This document shows, piece by piece, positions 28,629 to 38,334 of a stretch of 60,663 bases of DNA (the first letter of the stretch is position 1; each line of letters begins with the position of its first letter). The notes below the pieces were generated by a model that worked only from the letters and a program-made list of their open reading frames with translations, was not told the DNA's origin and did no database searches. Made by a program: the position numbers and the translations under genes. Where the stretch lies: sequence record SRR20825006_1064; one strand, 5' to 3'.

Positions 28629-28841
28629 GTGCGCCGTCCCGAGCTTTATGTTGATCGTCCCGTTTATGGCTATGGTGAAAACCCGTGCCAGCATTTCAAT
28701 CTGTCCTGGCCGATCAGCGAAGTCATGCTCAACGCCGAGATGAGCTGCGAGCAATCTGTTCAGGATATCGCCAGCAAATATCAGGTCTCTGTGGCAGAAG
28801 TGCTTCAGCTTCGTGAGAGCTACGAGCTCGACTTTGGATAA
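28629..28841 (+). CDS. Small hypothetical protein with HTH-like C-terminus
   Basis: 70 aa; GAGGA RBS; fills the gap between the LysR promoter and the oxygenase (5-nt gap); SVQDIASKYQVSVAEVLQLR is HTH-like. Confidence 0.6.
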   Translation: MRRPELYVDRPVYGYGENPCQHFNLSWPISEVMLNAEMSCEQSVQDIASKYQVSVAEVLQLRESYELDFG

Positions 28842-28846
28842 GACCC

Positions 28847-29476
28847 ATGTCCCCCAGGGGTGATGCAGCTTTTCTGCCCTCTGGCCATTTACCGTCACCG
28901 GCAAAGCAATCACACCCACTCTCTAAACCTTATATCCGTGAAGGTTTCCTGAGCACTCATGAGTGTGCGGGCCTTCGCAGACTTGCATGCGAGCGAGCCA
29001 TCCACCAAGGCCGTCTGGCCGGTGGTGTAAAGGCAGACAGTGTGCGCTCGGTCGGTGCGACATGGCTGGATGATGGTGACGCGCCGTGGCTTTCTATAAA
29101 GCTTGCCCGTGCACTGTCGCAGATATGCGCAGACGCTTTCCCCTTTGATATTGACGGGTTTGATGAAGGTTTCCAGCTACTGCGCTATGAAGGGGGTGCG
29201 GGCAAGGCGGGTGATTTTTACGACTGGCATGTGGATATCGGCCGCGCGGGTTCCACAAAACGCCGCAAGCTCAGCTTTGTATTGCAGCTTAGCGACCCAT
29301 TAGCCTATGAGGGCGGTGAGCTGATGCTGAACGCGGGCGGCAACCCCGTCGTCGCACCTAAGGATGAAGGCTCGCTGATTGTTTTCCCAAGTTTTGTCTT
29401 GCATCAGGTAACGCCGCTTATAGCGGGTGAGCGGGTGTCTCTGGCGGCGTGGGCGCATGGCCCAGCATTTCGTTAA
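28847..29476 (+). CDS. 2OG-Fe(II) oxygenase (PKHD/prolyl-hydroxylase-like)
   Basis: YDWHVD (HxD), RKLSFVLQLS, YEGGEL, FPSFVLHQV, RVSLAAW. Confidence 0.9.
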   Translation: MSPRGDAAFLPSGHLPSPAKQSHPLSKPYIREGFLSTHECAGLRRLACERAIHQGRLAGGVKADSVRSVGATWLDDGDAPWLSIKLARALSQICADAFPFDIDGFDEGFQLLRYEGGAGKAGDFYDWHVDIGRAGSTKRRKLSFVLQLSDPLAYEGGELMLNAGGNPVVAPKDEGSLIVFPSFVLHQVTPLIAGERVSLAAWAHGPAFR

Positions 29477-29487
29477 GCAGCGTTTGG

Positions 29488-30765
29488 TTAAGCCGCACGC
29501 GGCCCAATCAGTATCGCGCGAAAATCGTTCACATTGGTGCGGGTTGGCCCGGTGCTGATAAGGCCGCCAGTGGCTTCAAAAAACATATAACTGTTGTTCT
29601 CATCCAGCGCCTTTTTGGCATCATGCCCCTTTTTGGCGGCACGGCTGAGCGTGATGTTGTCCATATAAGCACCGGCCGCGTCTTCGCTGCCGTCAATGCC
29701 GTCCGTATCGCATGCCAGCGCCGATATACCGGATGCGCCGCCCAGCCTTAAGGCCAGCGACAAGGCATAGGTCATGTTGCACCCGCCACGCCCCGCTGCG
29801 TTAGTCACCTTCACTGATGTCTCCCCGCCTGACAGCAGGATCACGCGCTTGCCTTCCGCCTGAAGTTTGAGCGCGAGGGTCGCATGCTCTGCGCCCAGGC
29901 TGGCCGCGTCACCTTCAAGGTCAGCGCCCAGGTTGACCACATCATACCCTGAAGCAACTGCGGCCTGCTCGGCGGCTTTGAGGCAGTCATGCCCGGTGGC
30001 AATCAGCCTTGTGTGCCATGTGGGCGGCGCTGTTTTAACGGTTTCATTCGGTGCGTTATTCAGAAGTGCCTCCATGAGCGCCCGGTCTGGCGCGCGGTAG
30101 CGCGTGAGGATATCCGCGGCATGCTCAAGCGTGGTGGGGTCCGCCACCGTGGGGCCGGAGGCTACATCATGGGCGGTGTCATGCGGCACGTCCGAGATCA
30201 CATAGGTCAGCACCTCGGCCTGCCCTGCTGCAAGCGCGAGCCTGCCGCCCTTGATCGCAGACAGATGTTTGCGCACACAATTGATTTGGGAAATGGTGGC
30301 GCCTGAATGCAGCAGGTGTTTCATCAGGCCTTGTTTGGCCATAAACGGCAAACCGGGTGCGGGCAGGGACATGAGCGACGAGCCCCCGCCGGACGCGAGA
30401 AAAACCAGCCGGTCGCCCTTGGTGAGGCCGCCCGCGAGCTTGAGCATGCGCTGTGCTGCCTGTTGGCTCATATCGTCCGGCACCGGGTGGCTGGCTTCCA
30501 GCACCTCAATGCCGGGTATAGTGCGCCCAATACCGTGCCCATAGCGCGTCACAACAAGCCCCTCAAACGGCCCACTGTATGTGCGTGCAAAAGCATCAGC
30601 CATCGCGGCGGCTGCCTTGCCTGCGCCCAGCACCAGCGTGCGGCCGCCTGTCTGCGGTTCCGGCACATGCGGGGGCAGGCAAACATCAGGCGCCACGCGC
30701 TTGAGCCCCGCTTCAAATAGAGAAAGCAACAGCGTGCGCTCCGGTGTGTTTGTCTCTCTGCTCAC
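29488..30765 (-). CDS. Glycerate kinase type 2 (TtuD/MOFRL family)
   Basis: GAGKAA, HPVPD, SGGGSSL, RKHLSAIKGGRL, SGGET, TDGIDG, TGPTRTNVND. Confidence 0.92.
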   Translation of the reverse strand: MSRETNTPERTLLLSLFEAGLKRVAPDVCLPPHVPEPQTGGRTLVLGAGKAAAAMADAFARTYSGPFEGLVVTRYGHGIGRTIPGIEVLEASHPVPDDMSQQAAQRMLKLAGGLTKGDRLVFLASGGGSSLMSLPAPGLPFMAKQGLMKHLLHSGATISQINCVRKHLSAIKGGRLALAAGQAEVLTYVISDVPHDTAHDVASGPTVADPTTLEHAADILTRYRAPDRALMEALLNNAPNETVKTAPPTWHTRLIATGHDCLKAAEQAAVASGYDVVNLGADLEGDAASLGAEHATLALKLQAEGKRVILLSGGETSVKVTNAAGRGGCNMTYALSLALRLGGASGISALACDTDGIDGSEDAAGAYMDNITLSRAAKKGHDAKKALDENNSYMFFEATGGLISTGPTRTNVNDFRAILIGPRAA

Positions 30766-30845
30766 AAGGGTTTCCTGTGCGGTTTAATCCAGCCGTGTAT
30801 TTTCATGGCAGGGCTGCTAGTTTATGGCAAGACACAAGACGTAAG

Positions 30846-31226
30846 GTGCAAGACGGGGAGGCATCTATTTCAACGGGCACAGACTATAAGCTCAAGCTGC
30901 GCATAATAGTGGGCGATGAGATTGCCATGGGCCCCGGCAAGGCCGACCTTCTGGACAATATCATCAAAACCGGCTCCATCGCGGCGGCCGGGCGCGCCAT
31001 GGGCATGAGCTATAAACGCGCGTGGGATCTGGTTGAGCAGATGAACCGCTCGTTCAAAGAAAAGATGGTTGAAACCTCCAAGGGCGGTGCAGGGCGCGGC
31101 GGTGCGGTTGTCACCTCCTTTGGGGAGGATGTGCTTAAAGGCTACCGCGTGGCAGTGGCGCGGGCTATGAGGGCGGTGGAGGAAGACGCCACTAAAATCC
31201 TTGCGCTGACCAAAGCTGAAACCTAA
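30846..31226 (+). CDS. modE: ModE-family winged-helix regulator (short form)
   Basis: MGPGKADLL...TGSIAAAGRAMGMSYKRAW...GGAGRGGA; probable GTG start at 30846; upstream of modA. Confidence 0.85.
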   Translation: MQDGEASISTGTDYKLKLRIIVGDEIAMGPGKADLLDNIIKTGSIAAAGRAMGMSYKRAWDLVEQMNRSFKEKMVETSKGGAGRGGAVVTSFGEDVLKGYRVAVARAMRAVEEDATKILALTKAET

Positions 31227-31284
31227 CCCGGCGACAAATCCGGCCACAAATGAGATTGACAGGGCGGTCGCCTCGCATCACATT

Positions 31285-31308
31285 CGATATATTCTTGAAA
31301 ATATATCG
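31285..31308. promoter_or_regulatory. ModE box
   Basis: CGATATATT-N6-AATATATCG palindrome directly upstream of modA; fits the CGNTATATA-N6-TATATANCG type consensus. Confidence 0.85.
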
Positions 31309-31317
31309 GTATCTCCT

Positions 31318-32085
31318 ATGCGTTTTATAGCCCTCAGGCTTTGTTTCCTATTTGCTCTGGTCATCGCAGGTGCGCCAATAGCGAGCGCAGATGAAGCGCG
31401 GGTGGCGGTGGCGTCAAACTTCAGCAAAGCGGCGCGGGTGCTGGCGGCAGCTTATGAACAATCAAGCGGGCACACCATCAACCTGAGCTTCGGCTCAACC
31501 GGGCTATTGTATGCCCAAATCTCTCAAGGCGCGCCGTTTGATGTGTTCCTCGCGGCAGACCAGGCGCGGCCAAAGCGCGCGGTGGATGACGGATTGGCTG
31601 TCGAAGGCACCACCCTCACCTATGCGGTGGGGCGGCTTGTCCTGCTGAGCTTTGATGAGGACGTGCCGATAAGCGCAAGCGTGCTCGGGGACCCTCGCGT
31701 CAGCCGCCTGGCCATCGCCAACCCCGCCACAGCGCCCTATGGTGCAGCGGCAATCGAGGCTCTTACGGCGCTTGATATGCAGGCAGCAGTCGCGCCCAAA
31801 CTGGTGCGAGGCGCCAATGTGGCGCAGGCTTACCAGTTTGTGTTCTCCGGCAGCGCGGAGGTTGGATTTGTCGCGCTGTCTCAGGTGATGGACGAGGCGG
31901 ATGGCAACTGGTGGCTGGTGCCGCAAGCACTGCATGCACCCATCGCGCAAGACGCGGTGCTTCTCACGCGCGGCGCGGATAATATAGTGGCTGTCGGCTT
32001 CCTTGAGTTCCTCAAAACAGATGCGGCGCGGTCGATTATCGCCGCGCATGGCTACCCGGCAGACGCGCCGGATGCACAACCATAA
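31318..32085 (+). CDS. modA: Molybdate ABC transporter periplasmic binding protein
   Basis: VAVASNF, FGSTGLLYAQISQGAPFDVFLAAD, IANPATAPYG. Confidence 0.93.
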   Translation: MRFIALRLCFLFALVIAGAPIASADEARVAVASNFSKAARVLAAAYEQSSGHTINLSFGSTGLLYAQISQGAPFDVFLAADQARPKRAVDDGLAVEGTTLTYAVGRLVLLSFDEDVPISASVLGDPRVSRLAIANPATAPYGAAAIEALTALDMQAAVAPKLVRGANVAQAYQFVFSGSAEVGFVALSQVMDEADGNWWLVPQALHAPIAQDAVLLTRGADNIVAVGFLEFLKTDAARSIIAAHGYPADAPDAQP

Positions 32086-32104
32086 AACAGCGGGGATTTA
32101 GCGA

Positions 32105-32599
32105 ATGACTTTGGCGATATCGGTAGCATGTTCTGCGCTCATACTCGGTGTGGGTGCCACAATTTTCATGGACCTCTGGGCCTTGTTCCGTGCCCGTGTG
32201 CTGGGCATCGCCTCGCTTAACTACGCGCTGGTGGGGCGCTGGGTTGGGCATATGGCGCGGGGCAAGTTTGCCCACACCAGCATCGCGGCGGCCGCGCCCG
32301 TGAAGGGGGAGCTTATGCTTGGCTGGTTTGTGCACTATCTCACCGGTGTTGTTTTTGCGGCTGTCTTTCTGGTGATCATGAGCCTTGGCTGGCTTGAGGC
32401 GCCAACACTGTTGCCCGCGCTTGTCTTTGGTGTGCTCACCGTTGTTTTACCGTTTTTCATCATGCAGCCCGCGCTTGGGTTTGGTGTTGCTGCGGCCAAA
32501 ACACCAAACCCAAGCGTGGCGCGCCAGCGCAGCCTGATCACCCATGCAAGCTTTGGCGTTGGGCTCTACCTCACCGGTCTTGTGATGCAGGTGTTTTAA
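32105..32599 (+). CDS. DUF2938-family membrane protein
   Basis: GATIFMDLW, NYALVGRWVGH, GWFVHY, PFFIMQPALGFG. Confidence 0.85.
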   Translation: MTLAISVACSALILGVGATIFMDLWALFRARVLGIASLNYALVGRWVGHMARGKFAHTSIAAAAPVKGELMLGWFVHYLTGVVFAAVFLVIMSLGWLEAPTLLPALVFGVLTVVLPFFIMQPALGFGVAAAKTPNPSVARQRSLITHASFGVGLYLTGLVMQVF

Positions 32600-32770
32600 A
32601 AGGAAAGGCCCGAACGAGCGAGGCCATCCGGGCTTTCACCGCAGTGCGGCGCGCCATAGGCTAACTGGCGCCAAAACCCCCCGGCAGCAGGCTTTTCGCG
32701 CAACTATTGTTCCATAGACCGCCTGTCCTTCTCGCTGTATTTGTTACTAAGTAACGGGAGGGCAATGATC

Positions 32771-34996
32771 ATGCAGTTGACGAGAAGAGCATTCTTTAAA
32801 TCGAGCCTTGTGGCGGGCGGTGGCCTTATGCTCACACTCTCGCTGCCGCTCACCGCTGAGGAGGAGACGGAAGAGGCGGGCTTTCAGGCGAACATCTACC
32901 TGCGCTTCAACCGAGACGGCACCATCGTTTACCGCGACACTAAACCAGAGATGGGGCAAGGCGTGTCTACCGGTCTGGCTATGGTGATCTGTGATGAACT
33001 TGGTGCGGACTGGGACCGGTTTATTATCGAGCGGCCACCCCTCACCTATCAGATGGAAATTCGCCATTCCCTCGAATCCTCCGCGGGCAGCAATGGCATG
33101 CTGGCGGCTTATACGCCCCTTCGGCAGGCGGCGGCGGGTTTGCGTCAGCTCTTCATTGAAAGCGCGAGCGAGCAGTGGGGTTGCCCGCAAGATGATTGCA
33201 GGGTTGCCATGAGCCTGGTGCATCGGCGCTCAACCAAAGAGACCTTGCCTTTCAGTGCCCTCTTTACTGCTGTCGCGCAAAAACAGGTGCCGGAAGAGGC
33301 GCGATTGAAAGATGAGGCGGATCTGCGCCTCGTTGGCACGCCCCTATCCATCCGCGAAAACCGCGCGATTGTGACCGGCGCACAGCAATACTCGATCGAT
33401 GTTGATCTTGAGGGCATGGTGTATGCGGTTATTGAGCGCAGCCCAACCACGGACGGCCACCTCGTCTCGGTAGACGATACAGAATGTCTCAAGCTTGAAG
33501 GCGTTACCGGGACCATCCAGATGCCTGCTTTTCCCTATCAAACCGACGCGAACAACAAGTGGCAGGAAAAATACCGGGGCACCAAAAGCGGGGTCGCGGT
33601 TATCGCACGCTCAACCTGGCATGCCATGAAGGGGCGGGAGGCGCTGAAACCGGTATGGGCTGAAAGCCGATATCGAGGCCATGACGACCAGCGTATCAGG
33701 GAAGAGATGCTGGCGGTCGGTGGTGATAACATCCGGGATGTAGCAAGCTTTGGCGCCACCAGTGAAGAGGTTGCCAATGCGGCTCCAGCTAATGTCTTCC
33801 GCAGCCGGTATTTCAACCCCTATCAGGAAAATGCCCAGATGGAGCCGCTCAATGCGGTGGCGAGTTATGATGGCGACACCCTGACCCTGTGGGCTGGCAG
33901 CCAGTCCCCCACCTTGGCCATCGCCTATGTGGCTGAGGTCACCGGTGTGCCGACCGAGAAAATCGTCATTCACTCCATGCGGTCTGGCGGCGGGTTTGGC
34001 CGCCGGTACTTCTATGATTTCATCGCTGAGGCCGGGTATCTGGCAGTGCAGTTGCGGCAGCCGGTGAAAGTGACATGGTCGCGGGAGGATTGCATCAGGC
34101 ATGGGCGATATCATCTGGCGCGCTGTGATGAACATACCCTTGTGCTTGATGATGCAAACAACCCGGTTGCCTGGGAGAGCCTGACCAGAAGCGGGTCAAA
34201 CTACGGATGGCTTGGCCGCAATATCATGCTGGATTATTACGCGGGCGCCACGCCGCACCGGGCGACCCGGCACGCGGAGGGGGATAGCCTTGTGCTCTTT
34301 CCCGGCTCATGGCGCAGTGTGGATGCCCATCCGGTTGCGCTCGCGCGTGAGGGTTTTATCGACGAGGTCGCTGCAACACTGAAAATAGACCCCATTGAGC
34401 TTCGGCAGCAATGGCTGAAGGAAACGGCTGTTCTTCATGCGGGGGAAAACAGGCTCGATGAAAATGCCCTACGGCAGCGCCGGGAAAGACAAAAGGGCCT
34501 TTGGTCCCTGCTTGAGATTGCCAAAACCGCAACCGGCTGGGGCGAGCCGCCGGTGCGTGGGCGAGGAAAAGGTGTATCGCTCAGTTATTTTTACGGCACT
34601 TATGTTTGCCAGATCGCCTATGTGAGCCTCGGGCGAAGCCGCATCCATATCGACAAGATCGTTTGTTTTTTTGATTGCGGTAAAGTCGTTAACCCTCAGC
34701 TCGTGAAAGCGCAAATTGAGGGCAGTATCGTTTGGTCGCTCTCCGCGGTGGTCAACCCGGCTATATCTGTGGAAGACGGTAAGGTTACCCAGACCAATTT
34801 TGACGACTATCCCGTTATTCGGGGCGACAGCCTGCCTGATATTGAAATCCATCTGGTGGAAAGCGCGCGCCCGCCCAACCGGGTTGGTGAGGCGGCGGTG
34901 CCAGACACAGCACCTGCGATCCTGAACGCGATCTTTGATCTCACTGGTGAGAGAATAAAGGAACTGCCTGCCCGGCTTGAAAGAGCGGTTTCCTAA
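32771..34996 (+). CDS. Tat-exported xanthine-dehydrogenase-family molybdopterin subunit (IorB/aldehyde oxidoreductase type)
   Basis: Tat motif TRRAFFK; EMGQG, QMEPLN, GGGFGRR, WRSV, DCGKVVNP, GEAAVP. Start ATG 32765 or 32771. Confidence 0.9.
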   Translation: MQLTRRAFFKSSLVAGGGLMLTLSLPLTAEEETEEAGFQANIYLRFNRDGTIVYRDTKPEMGQGVSTGLAMVICDELGADWDRFIIERPPLTYQMEIRHSLESSAGSNGMLAAYTPLRQAAAGLRQLFIESASEQWGCPQDDCRVAMSLVHRRSTKETLPFSALFTAVAQKQVPEEARLKDEADLRLVGTPLSIRENRAIVTGAQQYSIDVDLEGMVYAVIERSPTTDGHLVSVDDTECLKLEGVTGTIQMPAFPYQTDANNKWQEKYRGTKSGVAVIARSTWHAMKGREALKPVWAESRYRGHDDQRIREEMLAVGGDNIRDVASFGATSEEVANAAPANVFRSRYFNPYQENAQMEPLNAVASYDGDTLTLWAGSQSPTLAIAYVAEVTGVPTEKIVIHSMRSGGGFGRRYFYDFIAEAGYLAVQLRQPVKVTWSREDCIRHGRYHLARCDEHTLVLDDANNPVAWESLTRSGSNYGWLGRNIMLDYYAGATPHRATRHAEGDSLVLFPGSWRSVDAHPVALAREGFIDEVAATLKIDPIELRQQWLKETAVLHAGENRLDENALRQRRERQKGLWSLLEIAKTATGWGEPPVRGRGKGVSLSYFYGTYVCQIAYVSLGRSRIHIDKIVCFFDCGKVVNPQLVKAQIEGSIVWSLSAVVNPAISVEDGKVTQTNFDDYPVIRGDSLPDIEIHLVESARPPNRVGEAAVPDTAPAILNAIFDLTGERIKELPARLERAVS

Positions 34997-35092
34997 GTCC
35001 TACCGAGCACTCTTTTGTAATCACCCGCAACATGCGGGCGGTGCTATCCGCTCGCGCCCATACTCCTGCCTGCCCTTCGGGATTGCAAAAAA

Positions 35093-35110
35093 TATTTATT
35101 CGACTATAAA
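35093..35110. promoter_or_regulatory. Candidate TetR operator 1
   Basis: TATTTATTCGACTATAAA; 15/18 to the palindrome TTTATAGTCGACTATAAA; second copy at 35805. Confidence 0.6.
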
Positions 35111-35155
35111 AATATCACTGAATAAAAAAATTAAACGGGTCGAGAGGGAAGAAGT

Positions 35156-35776
35156 ATGACGGGTTTGAGGGCGCGCCAGAAAGCGCAGCGTCGCGTGCTG
35201 ATTGAAAAAGCCGCCAGCGAGCTTTTTGTCGAAAAGGGTTTTGCAGACACCACGATCGAGGAGATCGCAGCCCGCGCCGTTGTGTCTGCGCCCACCGTCT
35301 ATAACTATTATGGCACCAAGGGTGACCTGTTGCTCGCGCTTGTGGCGCGCGGCGAGGAAGGCATCGAGGAAGCGCTTAGCGACTTCAGCAAACAGGCGGC
35401 GAACCACACACCGGTTGAACTGGTTGCCAAAGTGATTCGTTCCAACGTCAACGATACCCTGTCGGCGCTGTCGCGCGAGCTCTGGGGCCATGTGGTGGCT
35501 TTTGTTGCCACATCAAGCGACCCGGAGGTTGCGCCCCGTTACCTCGCCACCATCGCGGGCGGTCTTGGTGCCGCGATTCGGTCGGTACTTGAAGCCTATC
35601 AGCAGATGGGATCGATCGATCCGAGCCTCGACGCGCATGAGCTTGCCACCCTGCTCACCCGCATGGAGCGTATCCACTTCCTAAACTATGTGTATTTGAA
35701 GGCCATGACGGTTGAAGACCTGCACGGCGCCATCGCGCGTGATGTGGAGATTATCGTCGGCCCTTATGTGCGCTAA
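35156..35776 (+). CDS. TetR/AcrR-family regulator
   Basis: GLRARQK...GFADTTIEEIAARAVVSAPTVYNYYGTKGDLL. Confidence 0.95.
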   Translation: MTGLRARQKAQRRVLIEKAASELFVEKGFADTTIEEIAARAVVSAPTVYNYYGTKGDLLLALVARGEEGIEEALSDFSKQAANHTPVELVAKVIRSNVNDTLSALSRELWGHVVAFVATSSDPEVAPRYLATIAGGLGAAIRSVLEAYQQMGSIDPSLDAHELATLLTRMERIHFLNYVYLKAMTVEDLHGAIARDVEIIVGPYVR

Positions 35777-35804
35777 ACGTGATTTAACGTTAGTCACGAA
35801 TATT

Positions 35805-35822
35805 ATTTTAGTTGACTATAAA
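35805..35822. promoter_or_regulatory. Candidate TetR operator 2, upstream of the TonB receptor operon
   Basis: ATTTTAGTTGACTATAAA; 15/18 to the same palindrome as operator 1. Confidence 0.6.
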
Positions 35823-35873
35823 AAAATAGCCTGCCATATTTTTTCAAACGACATAAATATGGGAGGAGTAGCC

Positions 35874-38240
35874 ATGTCGGCTATCGGGAAACTGTCCACA
35901 CTGACACTCATGTCTTCAACCGCGCTGACGGGGCTTCTGGCCATGCCAGTGCTGGCGCAGGACGCTGAGACGGGTGGTGATATCACTTTGGAAGAGATTG
36001 TGGTGACCGCCAGCCGCCGGGCTGAGCGTATCCAGGATATCCCCTATAATATCTCTGCCGTCTCGGGCGCGCGCATTGAAGACGCCAAGATGCTTGATGC
36101 GGCTGAGCTGCTGCGCTCAGTCTCCGGTGTTGCAATTGTGGACCGGGGGCCACGGAATGCAGGTGCGGTGAACAGCATTCGCATTCGTGGCCTTAACGTT
36201 GACGGCTCTGCCCTCGGTGATTATGCCACCTCTGCCGCCGCGACCGTATCCACCTATATCAACGACACACCGATGTTCGCGAACATGCTCATCAAAGATC
36301 TTGAGCGGGTAGAAGTTTTGCGCGGGCCACAGGGTACACTTTATGGCTCCGGTGCGCTGGGCGGCACGGTGCGTTACATCACCCAGAAGCCACAGTTTGA
36401 CGAATTTTCCGGCAAGGTTTCGGGCTCCCTCAGCAGCGTGAAGGGCTCTGAAAGCATGGGCTGGGCTGGTGATATTGTGCTCAACGCACCGCTTGGCGAT
36501 ACCCTTGCCTTTCGTTTTGCCGGTACCCGGATGGATTACCCCGGCCTGACCGATTATGTGAATGTATATGAGCTGGATGCAAACGGCATTCCGGTCGCAC
36601 CAAATGGTGTGCTGGATGACGCGGCGTCTTACAAGAGTGTTGAAGACGCAGACACCTATGATGTGTGGTTTGGCCGCGCGAGCCTGCGCTGGCAACCAAG
36701 CGACAAGGTTGACCTGACAGCAACCTACACCCGCCAGTCTGACAATATGGGCGGGCGGCGTGCGCAAACCGTAGGTAAAGACGGTTTTGGCAACGAGTAT
36801 GAGAAATATGAAGTTGGCTCCATCCAGCTTGAGCCAGCGGAAAGCGATGTTGAAATGGGCTCGCTTGAGGCGACCTTCGACCTCGGTTTTGCCACGCTGA
36901 CCTCCTCCACCTCCTACTATGACCATCAGGGCGAAAGCATCAGCGAGAACACCGGCTTTTATGCGCAGAACGGTTGGCTGGCCTGGTATTATAACTTCCC
37001 GCGCCCTATGGCGACGGCGGCCCGTACCTATGAAGACAAAGCCTTCATTGAAGAAGTGCGGCTGGTGTCGAACTCGGATGGCCCGCTCCAGTATGTTGTG
37101 GGGCTTTATTATCAGGATCAGGACCGCCAGGCCACGCAGGAAAGCTATCTTTACGGTGCCAATGCCTATGTGGACGAGTTGTTTGGTTTTGATGTGCCGT
37201 GGATTTCTGGTGACCAGGATTTCCACTATGTGCTTGATGAAACCTTCAAGCAGAAAGCCGTGTATGGCGAGCTGACCTATGCGTTCTCAGACAAGGTTGA
37301 TGTCACCATCGGCGGCCGGTATTTCAAAAACACCAGCAAGTCAGACACCTTTATGGCGCTGCCGTTCTGGACCGACCTGTTCCCTGAGCTGACATCGACC
37401 TTCGAGAATGAAGAGGACAAGATGCTCTTCAAGGCGAATGTGACCTATCACCTTGATGACGACAACTTGCTTTATGGTACATGGTCGCAGGGCTATCGCC
37501 GGGGTGGTGCAAACGGGGTGCCCACAAGCGGCTATTATGCTGAAAATGAAGCATGGCTGACCTATGAGGCCGACAAGGTTGATAACTTCGAACTTGGCAT
37601 CAAGGGCACCAAGGGCAACACGCGTTATACCGTCAGCGCCTTTTATGTAGACTGGTCTGATCCGCAGCTGAATACCTCTACGCCTGCGTGGGGTTTCTTC
37701 GCGGTGCAGAACGGCTCGAAAGCCAGCACCAAAGGTATTGAGGTTGAGCTTGATGGCAACCTGTCTGCCGACTTGCATTATACCCTTGGCTACGCTTATG
37801 CCGACGCGAAACTTGGTGACGATTTCTTCTCGCCCACAGGTACGCTGATCGCCGCCGACGGTGCGCGGCTGCCGGGTGCGCCCAAGCATATGTTCAACAT
37901 CGCGCTTGATCACCGCTATGACCTGAGCGAGAGCATGACGCTCGTTTCCCGCATTGACGGTTATGTGCAATCGTCTACCCGCAATGCGATCGGTACATCC
38001 GCGAAGTTTGACCGCACCCTGCCTTCCTATGGTATCTGGAACGGCTCATTGTCGCTTGTATACGGCAACATGGACTTCACACTTTGGGTGAAAAACATGT
38101 TTAACGCCGAAGGTGTCAGCGCTGTGTTCAAGAAGCAATATATGGGCACACGCCCAAGCGAAGGTTATTACGGCAACGGCTCCAAGGAGCAGATTGCCCT
38201 GCCGCGAACCTTCGGGCTTTCCGCAACCTATCGCTTCTAG
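35874..38240 (+). CDS. TonB-dependent receptor
   Basis: GGAGGAG RBS, signal peptide, TonB box EEIVVTA, ERVEVLRGPQGTLYG, terminal PRTFGLSATYRF. Confidence 0.95.
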   Translation: MSAIGKLSTLTLMSSTALTGLLAMPVLAQDAETGGDITLEEIVVTASRRAERIQDIPYNISAVSGARIEDAKMLDAAELLRSVSGVAIVDRGPRNAGAVNSIRIRGLNVDGSALGDYATSAAATVSTYINDTPMFANMLIKDLERVEVLRGPQGTLYGSGALGGTVRYITQKPQFDEFSGKVSGSLSSVKGSESMGWAGDIVLNAPLGDTLAFRFAGTRMDYPGLTDYVNVYELDANGIPVAPNGVLDDAASYKSVEDADTYDVWFGRASLRWQPSDKVDLTATYTRQSDNMGGRRAQTVGKDGFGNEYEKYEVGSIQLEPAESDVEMGSLEATFDLGFATLTSSTSYYDHQGESISENTGFYAQNGWLAWYYNFPRPMATAARTYEDKAFIEEVRLVSNSDGPLQYVVGLYYQDQDRQATQESYLYGANAYVDELFGFDVPWISGDQDFHYVLDETFKQKAVYGELTYAFSDKVDVTIGGRYFKNTSKSDTFMALPFWTDLFPELTSTFENEEDKMLFKANVTYHLDDDNLLYGTWSQGYRRGGANGVPTSGYYAENEAWLTYEADKVDNFELGIKGTKGNTRYTVSAFYVDWSDPQLNTSTPAWGFFAVQNGSKASTKGIEVELDGNLSADLHYTLGYAYADAKLGDDFFSPTGTLIAADGARLPGAPKHMFNIALDHRYDLSESMTLVSRIDGYVQSSTRNAIGTSAKFDRTLPSYGIWNGSLSLVYGNMDFTLWVKNMFNAEGVSAVFKKQYMGTRPSEGYYGNGSKEQIALPRTFGLSATYRF

Positions 38241-38278
38241 CCTGAAAACTTGGCACAGTAAGATACAGACTGAAACAG

Positions 38279-38299
38279 CGGGGCGGTACTGCCGCCCCG
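38279..38299 (+). terminator. GC-rich hairpin after the receptor gene (likely mRNA stabiliser, no U-tract)
   Basis: CGGGGCGG-TACTG-CCGCCCCG. Confidence 0.4.
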
Positions 38300-38334
38300 A
38301 ACCGCCGGATGATGTTCAACAGAAGATATAGAGA

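Noticed and set aside
32600-32760. Moco riboswitch upstream of the molybdoprotein
   Set aside because: I could not find the conserved Moco RNA sequence elements.
35773-35788. CTAA-N7-TTAAC near-CtrA box
   Set aside because: One mismatch, overlaps the tetR stop codon, and the region is better explained by the TetR operator.
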